A stretch of DNA of 60,232 bases from Candidatus Hydrothermales bacterium (GTDB taxonomy: Bacteria; Hydrothermota; Hydrothermia; Hydrothermales; JAJRUZ01), in assembly GCA_039630575.1 (NCBI GenBank), contig JBCNUW010000012.1, positions 1-60,232 on the forward strand. The letters run 5' to 3'. Shown here in pieces: positions 1-9,054 of the stretch (position 1 is the stretch's first letter; each line of letters begins with the position of its first letter). A program made the translations under genes and the position numbers. The notes beneath the pieces were generated by a model, which searched no databases, was not told the origin of the DNA, and saw only the letters and a program-made list of their open reading frames with translations.

Positions 1-46
1 CCTTGTGGCGTAATGTAATTTTTTTTAATCTTATATAATTTTAAAA

Positions 47-1438
47 ATGAAAAATTTTAAAATAATTTTAATATTTTATCTTTTCAAAACAAGTTTGGCT
101 CAAGAAATAGTTGGAAGAATTTATTTCTTAAAAAATACTTCAGATTTAACTCCTGAGGCTAAAGAGATAATTAAAAAAATTGCCCAGGAATTAAAAGAAA
201 GAACAAATATTATTATTGATATAGTTGGTTATACTGACAGTTTAGGTAGTCTAAAGAAAAACCTTGAACTTTCAAAAGGAAGAGCAGAAGTCGTAAAGAG
301 ACATTTAATAAATGATTATGGAATTGAAAAAGAAAGAATCAACACATTTGGGTTTGGTCCGAGAAACCCAATAGCATCGAACAAGGATGAAGAGGGAAGA
401 AAATTAAACAGAAGAGTAGAAATTTATATTCGTCCACCTGATGCTATATTAAGCTGGTATAGAAATAATGTTTTTATACAGCCATCTTATTTACATTACT
501 GGATGGATGCATTCTCGGATGCCTATCTTTACAAACTCTATAAGGTTAATACAAAAAACAAATCATCTGCAGAAATCTTTTTCCCGGGAAAGGGTGAATT
601 ATTAGTGGATGAGGAAGCACTTATTATTATATATGGTTTTACAGAGAAGATAAAAAAAACCGATTTTAAAAATGTAGAAATTTCTAAAGGTGCTATCAGG
701 TCTTTACTTAGAGGTTTGAGTAAAGAGGAAAATTTTGTAGTAAATACACCAGCTGCGTTTGTTGAACTTTATTCTAAAAACAGTAAAATACACGTTAATA
801 AAAAATTGGCAACACTTTTGAGTATTTATGAGGGGAAGGCTTTGGTTTCAGCTAGTGGTATTGAGGTCACTGTAAATGAAGGGGAAGGAACAAAAGTTGA
901 AATGGGGAAACCACCTGAACCACCTAGACCTTTACCAGATGTACCAAAAGTAGTTTTACCTTTAAAAGATACCACATTATCTGGAGAAAAAATTTTGTTT
1001 AAATGGATTAAAAATAGTTTTTTAACTCATATTCAGTGTGCGCAGGATTCTATTTTTCGAGAGATTATAGAGGATACCGTTTTAATAGAGGATTCTTTAA
1101 TACTAAAACTTCCCTCAGGTGTTTATTTTTGGAGAATAAGTGGAATAGACAAAGACTCTCTTGAAGGTAAATTTTCAGATATATTTAAATTTGAAATTAT
1201 TGAAGAGATAAAATTTAATTTTTCTATAGATAGAATTGTAAAGGATGAGGCAGGAAATTTCATTATTAAAGGAAAAGTTGATCCCTACATTGAGGTATTG
1301 ATAGATAACGAAAAGGTCAAAGTTAATGAAGATGGTTCTTTTTATCATATTCTTAAAACAAAGAAAAACAAAGTTATAGTTGATTTAATCGATAGAGAGG
1401 GAAATACGATTTCTACTGAACTAAATTTAGATGAATAG
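47..1438 (+). CDS. OmpA C-terminal-like peptidoglycan-binding domain + FecR-like domain periplasmic protein
   Basis: Signal peptide, then OmpA_C motifs (GYTDSLG, NLELSKGRAEVV, NRRVEI), a FecR-like segment (VNTPAA, SIYEGKALV, EGEGTKV), a Pro-rich linker and an FN3-like YFWRI motif; overlaps the cyclase start. Confidence 0.8.
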   Translation: MKNFKIILIFYLFKTSLAQEIVGRIYFLKNTSDLTPEAKEIIKKIAQELKERTNIIIDIVGYTDSLGSLKKNLELSKGRAEVVKRHLINDYGIEKERINTFGFGPRNPIASNKDEEGRKLNRRVEIYIRPPDAILSWYRNNVFIQPSYLHYWMDAFSDAYLYKLYKVNTKNKSSAEIFFPGKGELLVDEEALIIIYGFTEKIKKTDFKNVEISKGAIRSLLRGLSKEENFVVNTPAAFVELYSKNSKIHVNKKLATLLSIYEGKALVSASGIEVTVNEGEGTKVEMGKPPEPPRPLPDVPKVVLPLKDTTLSGEKILFKWIKNSFLTHIQCAQDSIFREIIEDTVLIEDSLILKLPSGVYFWRISGIDKDSLEGKFSDIFKFEIIEEIKFNFSIDRIVKDEAGNFIIKGKVDPYIEVLIDNEKVKVNEDGSFYHILKTKKNKVIVDLIDREGNTISTELNLDE

Positions 1439-3152
1439 ACTTTTTTATCAAATAATTTTAATTTTCTCTTTTATTGTTTTTTTTACTTCCCTTATCCTTA
1501 CTTTTATTCTTTCGAGGATTAATGTTGACTCTTTAAAAACATTTGCAAAAGAGTATGCTATTGCAACATCAGATGAGATATCAAAAGATTTAAAAACAGA
1601 AATAGAAGAAATTAAAAACATTTTACAAAGCATAGTAGAAGTATTTAACGATAGAAAAAAGAGTGTAAATGAAAAAATTGATTTTGTAAAGATTCTTCTT
1701 CACCTTAATAAAGAAATTACGTATTTAGCAATATATGATGAAAATGGTCAATTTATAGATAATTTTTATTCTAAAAATATAAAAATAAGAAAAGAAATTA
1801 AGGAAGTGTTAAATTCAAAAAAAGAAATTTCTTTTTCAATTTTCTTTCCAGAAAACGATACTTTCCCTATATTTGAAATAATATTACCTTGGTTTAACCA
1901 GAATCAACTTTTGGGCTATCTTGTTGCTGGTATCAGTCTTAATTTTTTATCTTACAATATAAAAAAGATTTCTGAAAGAAGATTTGGAATCAACGATTTA
2001 ATATTCATAGTAAATAAAGATGGAACTATAATTGCTCATCCTGAAAAACAACTGATAGGAAAAAACATAAAAGAATTTGAGATTCATAGAAAACTTAAAG
2101 ATTTTCATAGCATTTTTTTAGCAGAAGTTGGTCTTTTAATAAATAACGTGGACTATAAAAAAAGAAAAGTCGTGACAACAATTATCTCACTTCCTTCAAT
2201 TGAATGGGCTATTTTTGTGTCACAGTTAGAAGACAAGGTGTACGGGAATTTGAAAAGGTTGTTTACTTACTCATTTTTTTCTTTTGTATTTTCTCTCTTG
2301 ATTTCCTTAATTTTGAGTATTTTTTCATCAAGGTATTTAACTAAACCACTTGAAGAATTAAAGAAGGGTATAGAGAGAATAGAAGAAAAAGATTTTGAAT
2401 ATGCTTTAAAAGTTAAAGTAAAGAATGAAATTGGAAAAGTTGCTAATTCTTTTAACAGGATGGTGGAAAAACTAAAGTATTATAAAGAGGAAATTAAAAA
2501 GGAAACAGCAATCAAAACCTATTTCCTTAGACATCTGCCGCCCCATATTGTCTCTGAAATTAAAATTTTAGATAAGACAACTATTTTTTCGGAACCTATA
2601 GAAAAAATAGTTTCGGTTATGTTTGCTGATATAAAGGACTTTACCTCTATTTCAGAGAAATTATCTCCTCCCCGTTTAGCTTCTTTTTTAAACAAGTATT
2701 TTAAAGTTGTTACAGAGTGTATCTTTAAATATAACGGTGTAGTTGATAAATTTATCGGTGATTCTGCTATGGTACTCTTTGGTATTGTCGGTGATACTGA
2801 AAATACTTCTGATAGTGCTATTCTTGCAGCAAGAGAGATAGTTAGAAAATTAAATGAAACAAATGAAGAGCTTTTTAATGAATTCGGACATGTTATAAAA
2901 GTTAAGATAGGTATTTCAACAGGACTTGTCTTTGTAGGTGATATTGGAGCTGAAAATAGGCTTGACTATACAGCGATAGGTAAAACAGTTAATATTGCTT
3001 CAAGGTTGGAGGAGATCGCAGGGGAAAATGAAATTTTGATAGATGAGAATACAAAAAATAAGCTAACAATTAACACAATAACTACTTTAATAGGTGAAAT
3101 TTCTTTAAAAGGAATAAAAGAAAAAATTAAAGTTTATAAAGTCTCTGAATAA
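1431..3152 (+). CDS. Membrane class III adenylate cyclase (TM-Cache-TM-HAMP-cyclase)
   Basis: Two TM helices, Cache-like IIAHP, HAMP (NEIGKVANSFNRM), catalytic FADIKDFT, DKFIGD (ATP-specifying Lys), VNIASRLE. Confidence 0.9.
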   Translation: MNRLFYQIILIFSFIVFFTSLILTFILSRINVDSLKTFAKEYAIATSDEISKDLKTEIEEIKNILQSIVEVFNDRKKSVNEKIDFVKILLHLNKEITYLAIYDENGQFIDNFYSKNIKIRKEIKEVLNSKKEISFSIFFPENDTFPIFEIILPWFNQNQLLGYLVAGISLNFLSYNIKKISERRFGINDLIFIVNKDGTIIAHPEKQLIGKNIKEFEIHRKLKDFHSIFLAEVGLLINNVDYKKRKVVTTIISLPSIEWAIFVSQLEDKVYGNLKRLFTYSFFSFVFSLLISLILSIFSSRYLTKPLEELKKGIERIEEKDFEYALKVKVKNEIGKVANSFNRMVEKLKYYKEEIKKETAIKTYFLRHLPPHIVSEIKILDKTTIFSEPIEKIVSVMFADIKDFTSISEKLSPPRLASFLNKYFKVVTECIFKYNGVVDKFIGDSAMVLFGIVGDTENTSDSAILAAREIVRKLNETNEELFNEFGHVIKVKIGISTGLVFVGDIGAENRLDYTAIGKTVNIASRLEEIAGENEILIDENTKNKLTINTITTLIGEISLKGIKEKIKVYKVSE

Positions 3153-3315
3153 AATTCTTCATAAAGAGAAGTTTACATTACCTGTCTTTTAACTCTCTTA
3201 GCTGTTTTTGATGGTGAAAACTAGAAATATTTTAGTTCGAACCTTTAACTAATTTTCATTAAACTTATGATAGGTTTTCTTCTTCATAACTTTGATTCAC
3301 TAAATGTTAAAAAGA

Positions 3316-3343
3316 TTGACAAATTGAAAACTCTCATTAAAAT
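3316..3343 (+). promoter_or_regulatory. Orphan sigma70-like promoter TTGACA-N16-TAAAAT
   Basis: Near-consensus hexamers; an SD-like AGGAGG at about 3430 has no start codon after it. Confidence 0.4.
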
Positions 3344-3447
3344 TTTAATTCATATGATTAAATAAATAGCTGTGTCAAAAAAATTTTTAAAGCTAAAACC
3401 TATTGAAACAAAAATAAAAGTAAAAAATTAGGAGGGATATAAATTTA

Positions 3448-4536
3448 TCACTTTTTGATGCTTTCTTCTTTAAAAGATTTAGTCTGATTTTTTATCTCAA
3501 CGTATATGTTCTGCCCCTGTATTTCCCTAAGTTTTAGATCACTATATTTATTTATCAGAATATGAGAAATATTAGAAGGTGTTTCTGGAGTTATAACTTC
3601 TATTATTCCGGTATTTTCAATAAATTCTCTTAAGATAATTTTTTTAACTCTTTTTAAATTAAGAAGCAAAAAGTTTCTTATTTCTCCTATTTTTTCGAAG
3701 CTAACATTGTATAAATAAATCTTTACAATATTTTCACCTCTTTGCCAGTTTTCTATTATCTCTCTCTTAAGAACAGAAAAAAGAGAATCAACAAGCCTTT
3801 TCTTAACCGAAGACGTTATTTGAGGATAAGTCTTCTCTATTCTCTCAGAAGATAATATTTCAGCAGAAAGAGGATCTATAATACGGGCAGTTATAACAAC
3901 TTCTTTAAGTTTTTTCCCTTTAAAATATGGAGATTCTTCTTCTTTTTCGCCTTCTACATATTCTGAGAATACAATCATTTCTGCTCCTTCCCTTAAGGCA
4001 TATCTTGCAAGAGCTGTGTCATTTGCCCCTGAATAAATAGCTCTCAATTTCTCTTTATCCATTTTCCTTTTTAAACTTAAAGGATCTAAGACAGGGAAAC
4101 CCGCATCACGAAAAGAATTCTGCAGCATATCCTCCAAAAAGGATGCGCTTGATACCACAAGTACCCTTGGTCTTTCTTTCTCAAGAACAAGAAGCCTTAA
4201 AGCTTCTAAATCATCCTTCAATTTACCTTCTGCTACCTTAGCTTTTATTTTTACTCTGTAAAGCCCTGCTTCCTCTTTTTCAGAGATTATACTGTATTCC
4301 TTTATATAGCCTTCTGCTTTAGAGAATATTTTATCTTGTAAGAGTTCAAAATTTTCTATAATTGTTTCAGAGGAAATAAAAAGTCCTGTACCTTGCTCTA
4401 CTAGATTTCTTAATGCATCCTGGATGGCTCTTTCCCTTGCAACTCCTTTTGAAATCCCTTCAACTGATGAAGCACCTTCTGCTAATATCGTTTTTTCAAC
4501 CTGATTAAAGAAAAAAATTAAAATTAAAAATTTCAT
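3448..4536 (-). CDS. Secreted protein with FlgT N-terminal-like domain
   Basis: AEG..ARERAIQDALRNLVEQGTG..I.SET..AEGYIKEY..YRVKIKAKV pattern; likely start 4536 (MKFLILIFFFNQ) rather than 4572. Confidence 0.65.
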   Translation of the reverse strand: MKFLILIFFFNQVEKTILAEGASSVEGISKGVARERAIQDALRNLVEQGTGLFISSETIIENFELLQDKIFSKAEGYIKEYSIISEKEEAGLYRVKIKAKVAEGKLKDDLEALRLLVLEKERPRVLVVSSASFLEDMLQNSFRDAGFPVLDPLSLKRKMDKEKLRAIYSGANDTALARYALREGAEMIVFSEYVEGEKEEESPYFKGKKLKEVVITARIIDPLSAEILSSERIEKTYPQITSSVKKRLVDSLFSVLKREIIENWQRGENIVKIYLYNVSFEKIGEIRNFLLLNLKRVKKIILREFIENTGIIEVITPETPSNISHILINKYSDLKLREIQGQNIYVEIKNQTKSFKEESIKK

Positions 4537-4540
4537 ATTC

Positions 4541-5344
4541 TTAAAATAAAGTGAGAATAAGCTTTTTTCCAACCTTATAAAGTGCCTTTATCCATTTGAG
4601 CTTATCAGCTTCATCTTTATCTATAACAAAATCCCTTTTATTAATTGCAGATTTTATTTTTATTACAAGAGGCAATTTAGAAACTTCAGGGTCTGAAAGA
4701 AGATCATTTAGATTACTTACAAAATTTATAACCTTTTGTGCATTTGGATTTTTAGGATCAACAAGTTCAGAAGTATCAAAAATTAAATTTCCTTTCTCAT
4801 CATATATCTTGGGTAATACCGCTGGAGAAACATCTGTGCCTGATGCATCAAAAATCACCCCTGTGTATTGAGGAGTTTTAACAGCCACCTCCTCAGCAGG
4901 TCTTTTTTCTATCTTTTGTGCCAATTCTGTTAAAACAGGAGTTAAAACACCGTTTTCTCCATAAAAATCTACCATGAGCTCAACCTCAACAATACCATTT
5001 TCCCTATCAATTTTAGGTTCACCATTCATTCTTGCATTCTTTACTACACCCTGAACTCTTGCGACTATAAAATCACTTTTAAGTAAATAGTCTTCTACGA
5101 TAGTTTCAGAAGTTATATGAACACCTTTAATTACTTCAAGAAGATTTCTTTGTGCTACCACAGTTGCAACTCTTATTGCTTTTAATATCTCCTGTGAAAC
5201 ATTTTTCGCATTAGGATCAAAAGCGCCGTAACCTTTCGCAGTGATAACCCCTTTTACCCAATCAATTTTTCCATTTTCTATATATTCCTGCCCTCTTTGA
5301 ACTTGAAAAATTAAAATAGTTATGAATAAACCTATCTTTATCAT
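4541..5344 (-). CDS. LPP20-like periplasmic protein
   Basis: IDWVKGVITAKGYG, A.VVAQRNLLEVIKGVHITSET, YTGVIFDASG, PKIYDEKG motifs. Confidence 0.65.
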   Translation of the reverse strand: MIKIGLFITILIFQVQRGQEYIENGKIDWVKGVITAKGYGAFDPNAKNVSQEILKAIRVATVVAQRNLLEVIKGVHITSETIVEDYLLKSDFIVARVQGVVKNARMNGEPKIDRENGIVEVELMVDFYGENGVLTPVLTELAQKIEKRPAEEVAVKTPQYTGVIFDASGTDVSPAVLPKIYDEKGNLIFDTSELVDPKNPNAQKVINFVSNLNDLLSDPEVSKLPLVIKIKSAINKRDFVIDKDEADKLKWIKALYKVGKKLILTLF

Positions 5345-5967
5345 TTTGCCTCCTCTTTATAAGATTCTTTTAATTTTTTTAGTGAATTTTTAATACCATC
5401 TCTTATAGCTTCAATTTTAGCTTCACTTTCTGAAAGTGGGCGAATCTCAGATGATATAGCTTCTCCATCACCACTTCCATAGTATAAAATCTCACCTTTT
5501 TCCACATCAATAAGTTTAAAAACAAGTGAAATTTTATATTTTTGCCCTCCTAATATATCATCCCAACCCTTTGAGGCACTCATAACCTCATATACACCTA
5601 TAAAATCAGCAGCAAGGAGTTTACCAAACTCAACAGCCTGGCTTTCATCAACAAGTCCTGAATATTGAAAATTCTGTTCATTCAAAATCACTTCAATATT
5701 CTTTCTATCAATAATTCTAAAAAACGGGAAAGATAAAAGTACTAACTGGTAATATTCGTACACTTTTTCAAGATCAGGTTGCTTTAAATAATTAGAGTGA
5801 AGCTGCGGAATAAGAGCAAGCTTATAAGTTTTTTTAACATCAAAACCATGTACTACATAACCAACTCCTCTTTGTGTCGCACAAGAATGTAAGAATAGAG
5901 AAGATATAAAAAATAAAAAACTACCAATCTTCCAACTTATCTTCATCTTTTTTACTACCTTTTTCAT
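5341..5967 (-). CDS. CsgG/HfaB-family lipoprotein
   Basis: Lipobox-like LHSC; IIDRKNIEVILNEQNFQYSGLVD..AVEFGKLLAAD; KLIDVEKGEI; real start may be 5946. Confidence 0.75.
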   Translation of the reverse strand: MKKVVKKMKISWKIGSFLFFISSLFLHSCATQRGVGYVVHGFDVKKTYKLALIPQLHSNYLKQPDLEKVYEYYQLVLLSFPFFRIIDRKNIEVILNEQNFQYSGLVDESQAVEFGKLLAADFIGVYEVMSASKGWDDILGGQKYKISLVFKLIDVEKGEILYYGSGDGEAISSEIRPLSESEAKIEAIRDGIKNSLKKLKESYKEEAK

Positions 5968-6718
5968 ACTCTTCTATCCATTTTTTTAGCTCCTCTTTTG
6001 AAGAAGAATAGGTAAATACAGAATAAACTTTATAAAATTTCCCCTTTTCAACTGTTCTTGGATATAAAGTTTTAGCAGCTTCGATCTTGTTATCTTCAAA
6101 AGTGAAAATTTCCACAAGCTCCATTACCTGATCTACTGTAAAATAATTTTTTTCTGCTACATCAGATAAAATACTAAGTTTTGTTTCCTCAAATGTTTCT
6201 TTTTTAATCATTTGTATAAGATCTCTAAAATCAGCAGAAGACATCGGGGTGGGTATCTCCTTTTTCGCTTCCTTAACTTCCTTCTCTACCTGTTTTTCTT
6301 TTTCTTCAATTTTTACAACTATTTCACCTTTTACCTCTTTAAAAAGTGCTTTAACATAGAGTTCATGTTCAAATCCCTTTTTCACTTCGATTTTCTTTTC
6401 CCATTTCCCTTTTTCAAAGTATACGATGATTTTATAAAAACCTTCGTGAAATAACTCTTTACTTGTGGGAATTTCAGCTTTATGAATAGGTGTTGTAGAC
6501 TTTTCTGAAAATATTTCAACAGTTGCACCTTCTGGTTCAAGAATCTTAAGAGTGGTAGTAGGGATTTTTCTCCTTATAAGTGTATAGTCTTCTTTATCAA
6601 TTTTTTCCTCTTCTTTTTTCACTTCTTCTGTTTTGATTTTTATTTCAATTTCACCTTGTCCTGGTATGGTTATTCCTCCCTTTATTTCCTCCTCGGCATA
6701 GAGGAGGAGAGCAAGCAT
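5921..6718 (-). CDS. DUF4476-like domain protein
   Basis: C-terminal PMS..DF..L...IKKETFE.TKL..NYFTVDQV..FTFEDNK..A..LY pattern; start uncertain. Confidence 0.7.
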   Translation of the reverse strand: MLALLLYAEEEIKGGITIPGQGEIEIKIKTEEVKKEEEKIDKEDYTLIRRKIPTTTLKILEPEGATVEIFSEKSTTPIHKAEIPTSKELFHEGFYKIIVYFEKGKWEKKIEVKKGFEHELYVKALFKEVKGEIVVKIEEKEKQVEKEVKEAKKEIPTPMSSADFRDLIQMIKKETFEETKLSILSDVAEKNYFTVDQVMELVEIFTFEDNKIEAAKTLYPRTVEKGKFYKVYSVFTYSSSKEELKKWIEEYEKGSKKDEDKLEDW

Positions 6719-7184
6719 ATGTTTCTACCATCTATATATGTAACACCTTCATAATTCCTCCTTTGTTCAAATTAAATTTTAAAAGAAAAAAAATTTCTTG
6801 TTAATACCCTAATATTTCCATAAAATTTTAGACAGATAAAAGTTATAAGATATTTTTCTTTAAAATTTTCCAGTTCAATAAGATTTTAGAAATACCTTCT
6901 AAAGAGGCATGATTTTAAATTATAAAAACTTAAAAAGTTTCTCCCAACTACCAAATTTTTCCATCATTTCTCTCACCATAAATAACATCAATTTCATTTC
7001 TCTAAAATGTATTTAAATTAAAATAAGACCTTTTTAAAAGTACAGAAGAAAAAATAAAAGGACATATTTTTGATGGAACAGCAAAGTTAGAGTATATCTA
7101 ACAGAAGTACGCCTTAAGACGTTAACGAAATTCTCTATAAATCAAAGTGTCAACAAAACTTTAATTTTTAATGGTTAAAACTTA

Positions 7185-7213
7185 TTGAAAAAACATGATT
7201 CACAAAATAAAAT
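7185..7213 (+). promoter_or_regulatory. sigma70-like promoter TTGAAA-N17-TAAAAT for trpB2
   Basis: Hexamers at 7185-7190 and 7208-7213. Confidence 0.5.
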
Positions 7214-7222
7214 ACAAGTATT

Positions 7223-7366
7223 ATGCTGACAAACATATTTAAAAATTATTTTCGGCATATACATTATCCAAAAATACATAAACCCTTTCTTTTTAATTTA
7301 AAAAGTTCCTTCTATTTCAAAATCAACTTCTTTTATTCTATAATTAAAAAAAGGAGTGAAAAATGA
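7223..7366 (+). CDS. Putative 47-aa upstream ORF coupled to trpB2
   Basis: Open frame MLTNIFKNYFRHIHYPKIHKPFLFNLKSSFYFKINFFYSIIKKRSEK*; its TGA overlaps the trpB2 ATG (ATGA). Confidence 0.3.
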   Translation: MLTNIFKNYFRHIHYPKIHKPFLFNLKSSFYFKINFFYSIIKKRSEK

Positions 7367-8658
7367 GGAAAATAAAATACGTGAATTTAAAGCCTGAGGA
7401 AATTCCTAACCATTGGTATAATATATTACCAGATTTACCTGAACCACTTCCGGAACCAAAAGATCCACCAGAAGGTGAATCGAGAATAAAGAATTTACCA
7501 AAGATGATGCTTGAAGAATGTTTGAAACAGGAATTCTCAAAGGAGAGATGGATAGAAATACCAGAGGAATTGAGATTCTATTATATGCAAGCAGGGAGAC
7601 CAAGACCCCTTTTTAGAGCATATGCTCTTGAAAAATATCTTGATACACCAGCCCATCTTTATTATAAAGCAGAATTTTATAGTCCAACTGGCTCTCATAA
7701 GGTAAACACAGCACTTGCACAATGCTATTATGCAAAAAAGGAAGGATATAAAAGAGTTGTAACAGAAACAGGAGCAGGTCAATGGGGTTCTGCTCTCTCA
7801 TATGCTGCAAGACTTTTCGGATTAAAATGCACAGTATATTGGGTTAGGGCAGTTTATAAATGGAAAAAAGAAAGAAGGGTATTCATGAAGATGCTTGGCT
7901 CAGAAGTCTTTGCATCACCTTCTCCAAATACAGAAGCAGGGAGAAAACTTTACAAAGAAAATCCTGACCATCCTGGTTCTCTTGCAATAGCCATATCAGA
8001 AGGACTTGAAGATGCTTATAAAAACTCCGATACAGTCTATCTTTTAGGCTCTGTTCTAAATCATGTTCTTCTCCATCAAACAATAATAGGACTTGAGACA
8101 AAAAAGCAATTTGAGTATTTTGGTGAATATCCAGACATAATAATTTCCTGCCTTGGAGGCGGCTCAAATTTTGGTGGGTTTGCAATTCCTTTTTATCATG
8201 ATGTTCTAAAAGAAGGAAAAAAAATAAAATTTATTGCTGTTCAGAATGAAGTTGCACCAAACCTTTTAGGTGAATACAAATATGATTTTGCTGACCACGC
8301 TGAAATTACACCAATGCTTAAGATGTATACACTTGGACATAAAAAAGAGATGGATCCGATAAAAGCAGATGGTTTAAGATATCATGGAGCAGCTCCAATT
8401 CTAAGCCTCTTGAGATATAAAGGTCTTTTGGATGTTAAAGTTTATCCAAAGGATGAAAAATATGTATTTGAAAAGGCGAGAGAATTTTTCCAATTAGAAG
8501 GATTTCTTCCTGCACCTGAATCAGCTTATAGTATAGCCTGTGCAATTGATGAGGCATTAAAATGTAAAGAAAGAGGAGAGAAGAAAATAATAGCCTTTAA
8601 CATTTCAGGACATGGCTTCTTAGATTTAGAAGGTTATGGAGAAATTTTAGGAATTTAA
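7363..8658 (+). CDS. trpB2: Tryptophan synthase beta chain 2 (TrpB2-type PLP enzyme)
   Basis: WYNILPDLP, PLP-lysine SPTGSHKVNTA, TETGAGQWG, GSVLNHV, GGGSNF, GLRYHG, SGHGFLD; SD AAGGAG. Confidence 0.93.
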   Translation: MRKIKYVNLKPEEIPNHWYNILPDLPEPLPEPKDPPEGESRIKNLPKMMLEECLKQEFSKERWIEIPEELRFYYMQAGRPRPLFRAYALEKYLDTPAHLYYKAEFYSPTGSHKVNTALAQCYYAKKEGYKRVVTETGAGQWGSALSYAARLFGLKCTVYWVRAVYKWKKERRVFMKMLGSEVFASPSPNTEAGRKLYKENPDHPGSLAIAISEGLEDAYKNSDTVYLLGSVLNHVLLHQTIIGLETKKQFEYFGEYPDIIISCLGGGSNFGGFAIPFYHDVLKEGKKIKFIAVQNEVAPNLLGEYKYDFADHAEITPMLKMYTLGHKKEMDPIKADGLRYHGAAPILSLLRYKGLLDVKVYPKDEKYVFEKAREFFQLEGFLPAPESAYSIACAIDEALKCKERGEKKIIAFNISGHGFLDLEGYGEILGI

Positions 8659-8922
8659 ATTCTTTTAAAATTTATTGAAATTCCGAGATCGCTTTTTTGA
8701 ATTGAAAAGTTCTATCGGTTTTAATTATTAACTTATTTTACAGCTATTTCACAAAAATCAATTTATAAGTACAACAACCAAAAAAATTTATATATTTTGA
8801 AACTCTTATAAAATTTAAAATATACAAAGTGTAGTAGAAAACCTAACAAAAAATTAAAGGTAAAAAATAAATTCATCGTATTTTTTAAAAAACATACAAC
8901 CAGATTATTTATTTTCCCTTAT

Positions 8923-8978
8923 AAAGGACAATTTCTTATTATACTTAATTGTCCTTTGATATCTTGTGGCAGTATAAT
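8923..8978 (+). promoter_or_regulatory. Inverted repeat AAAGGACAATT-N13-AATTGTCCTTT overlapping promoter TTGTCC-N18-TATAAT
   Basis: Perfect 11-bp arms at 8923-8933 and 8947-8957; TATAAT at 8973-8978; upstream of the 9055 gene. Confidence 0.55.
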
Positions 8979-9054
8979 TTATGGTATTGGAAAAACACCT
9001 AAATAAATGAAAAGTTTCCCTTTATAAGCTCTATCATTTTTAAGGAGGTTAAAA

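Noticed and set aside
6780..7180. Minus-strand fragment ENEIDVIYGER resembling a GT2 glycosyltransferase
   Set aside because: Too short and disrupted to support a pseudogene call
7214..7362. TRAP binding site, T-box or Trp attenuator upstream of trpB2
   Set aside because: No (G/U)AG repeat array, T-box motif, Trp codons or terminator hairpin
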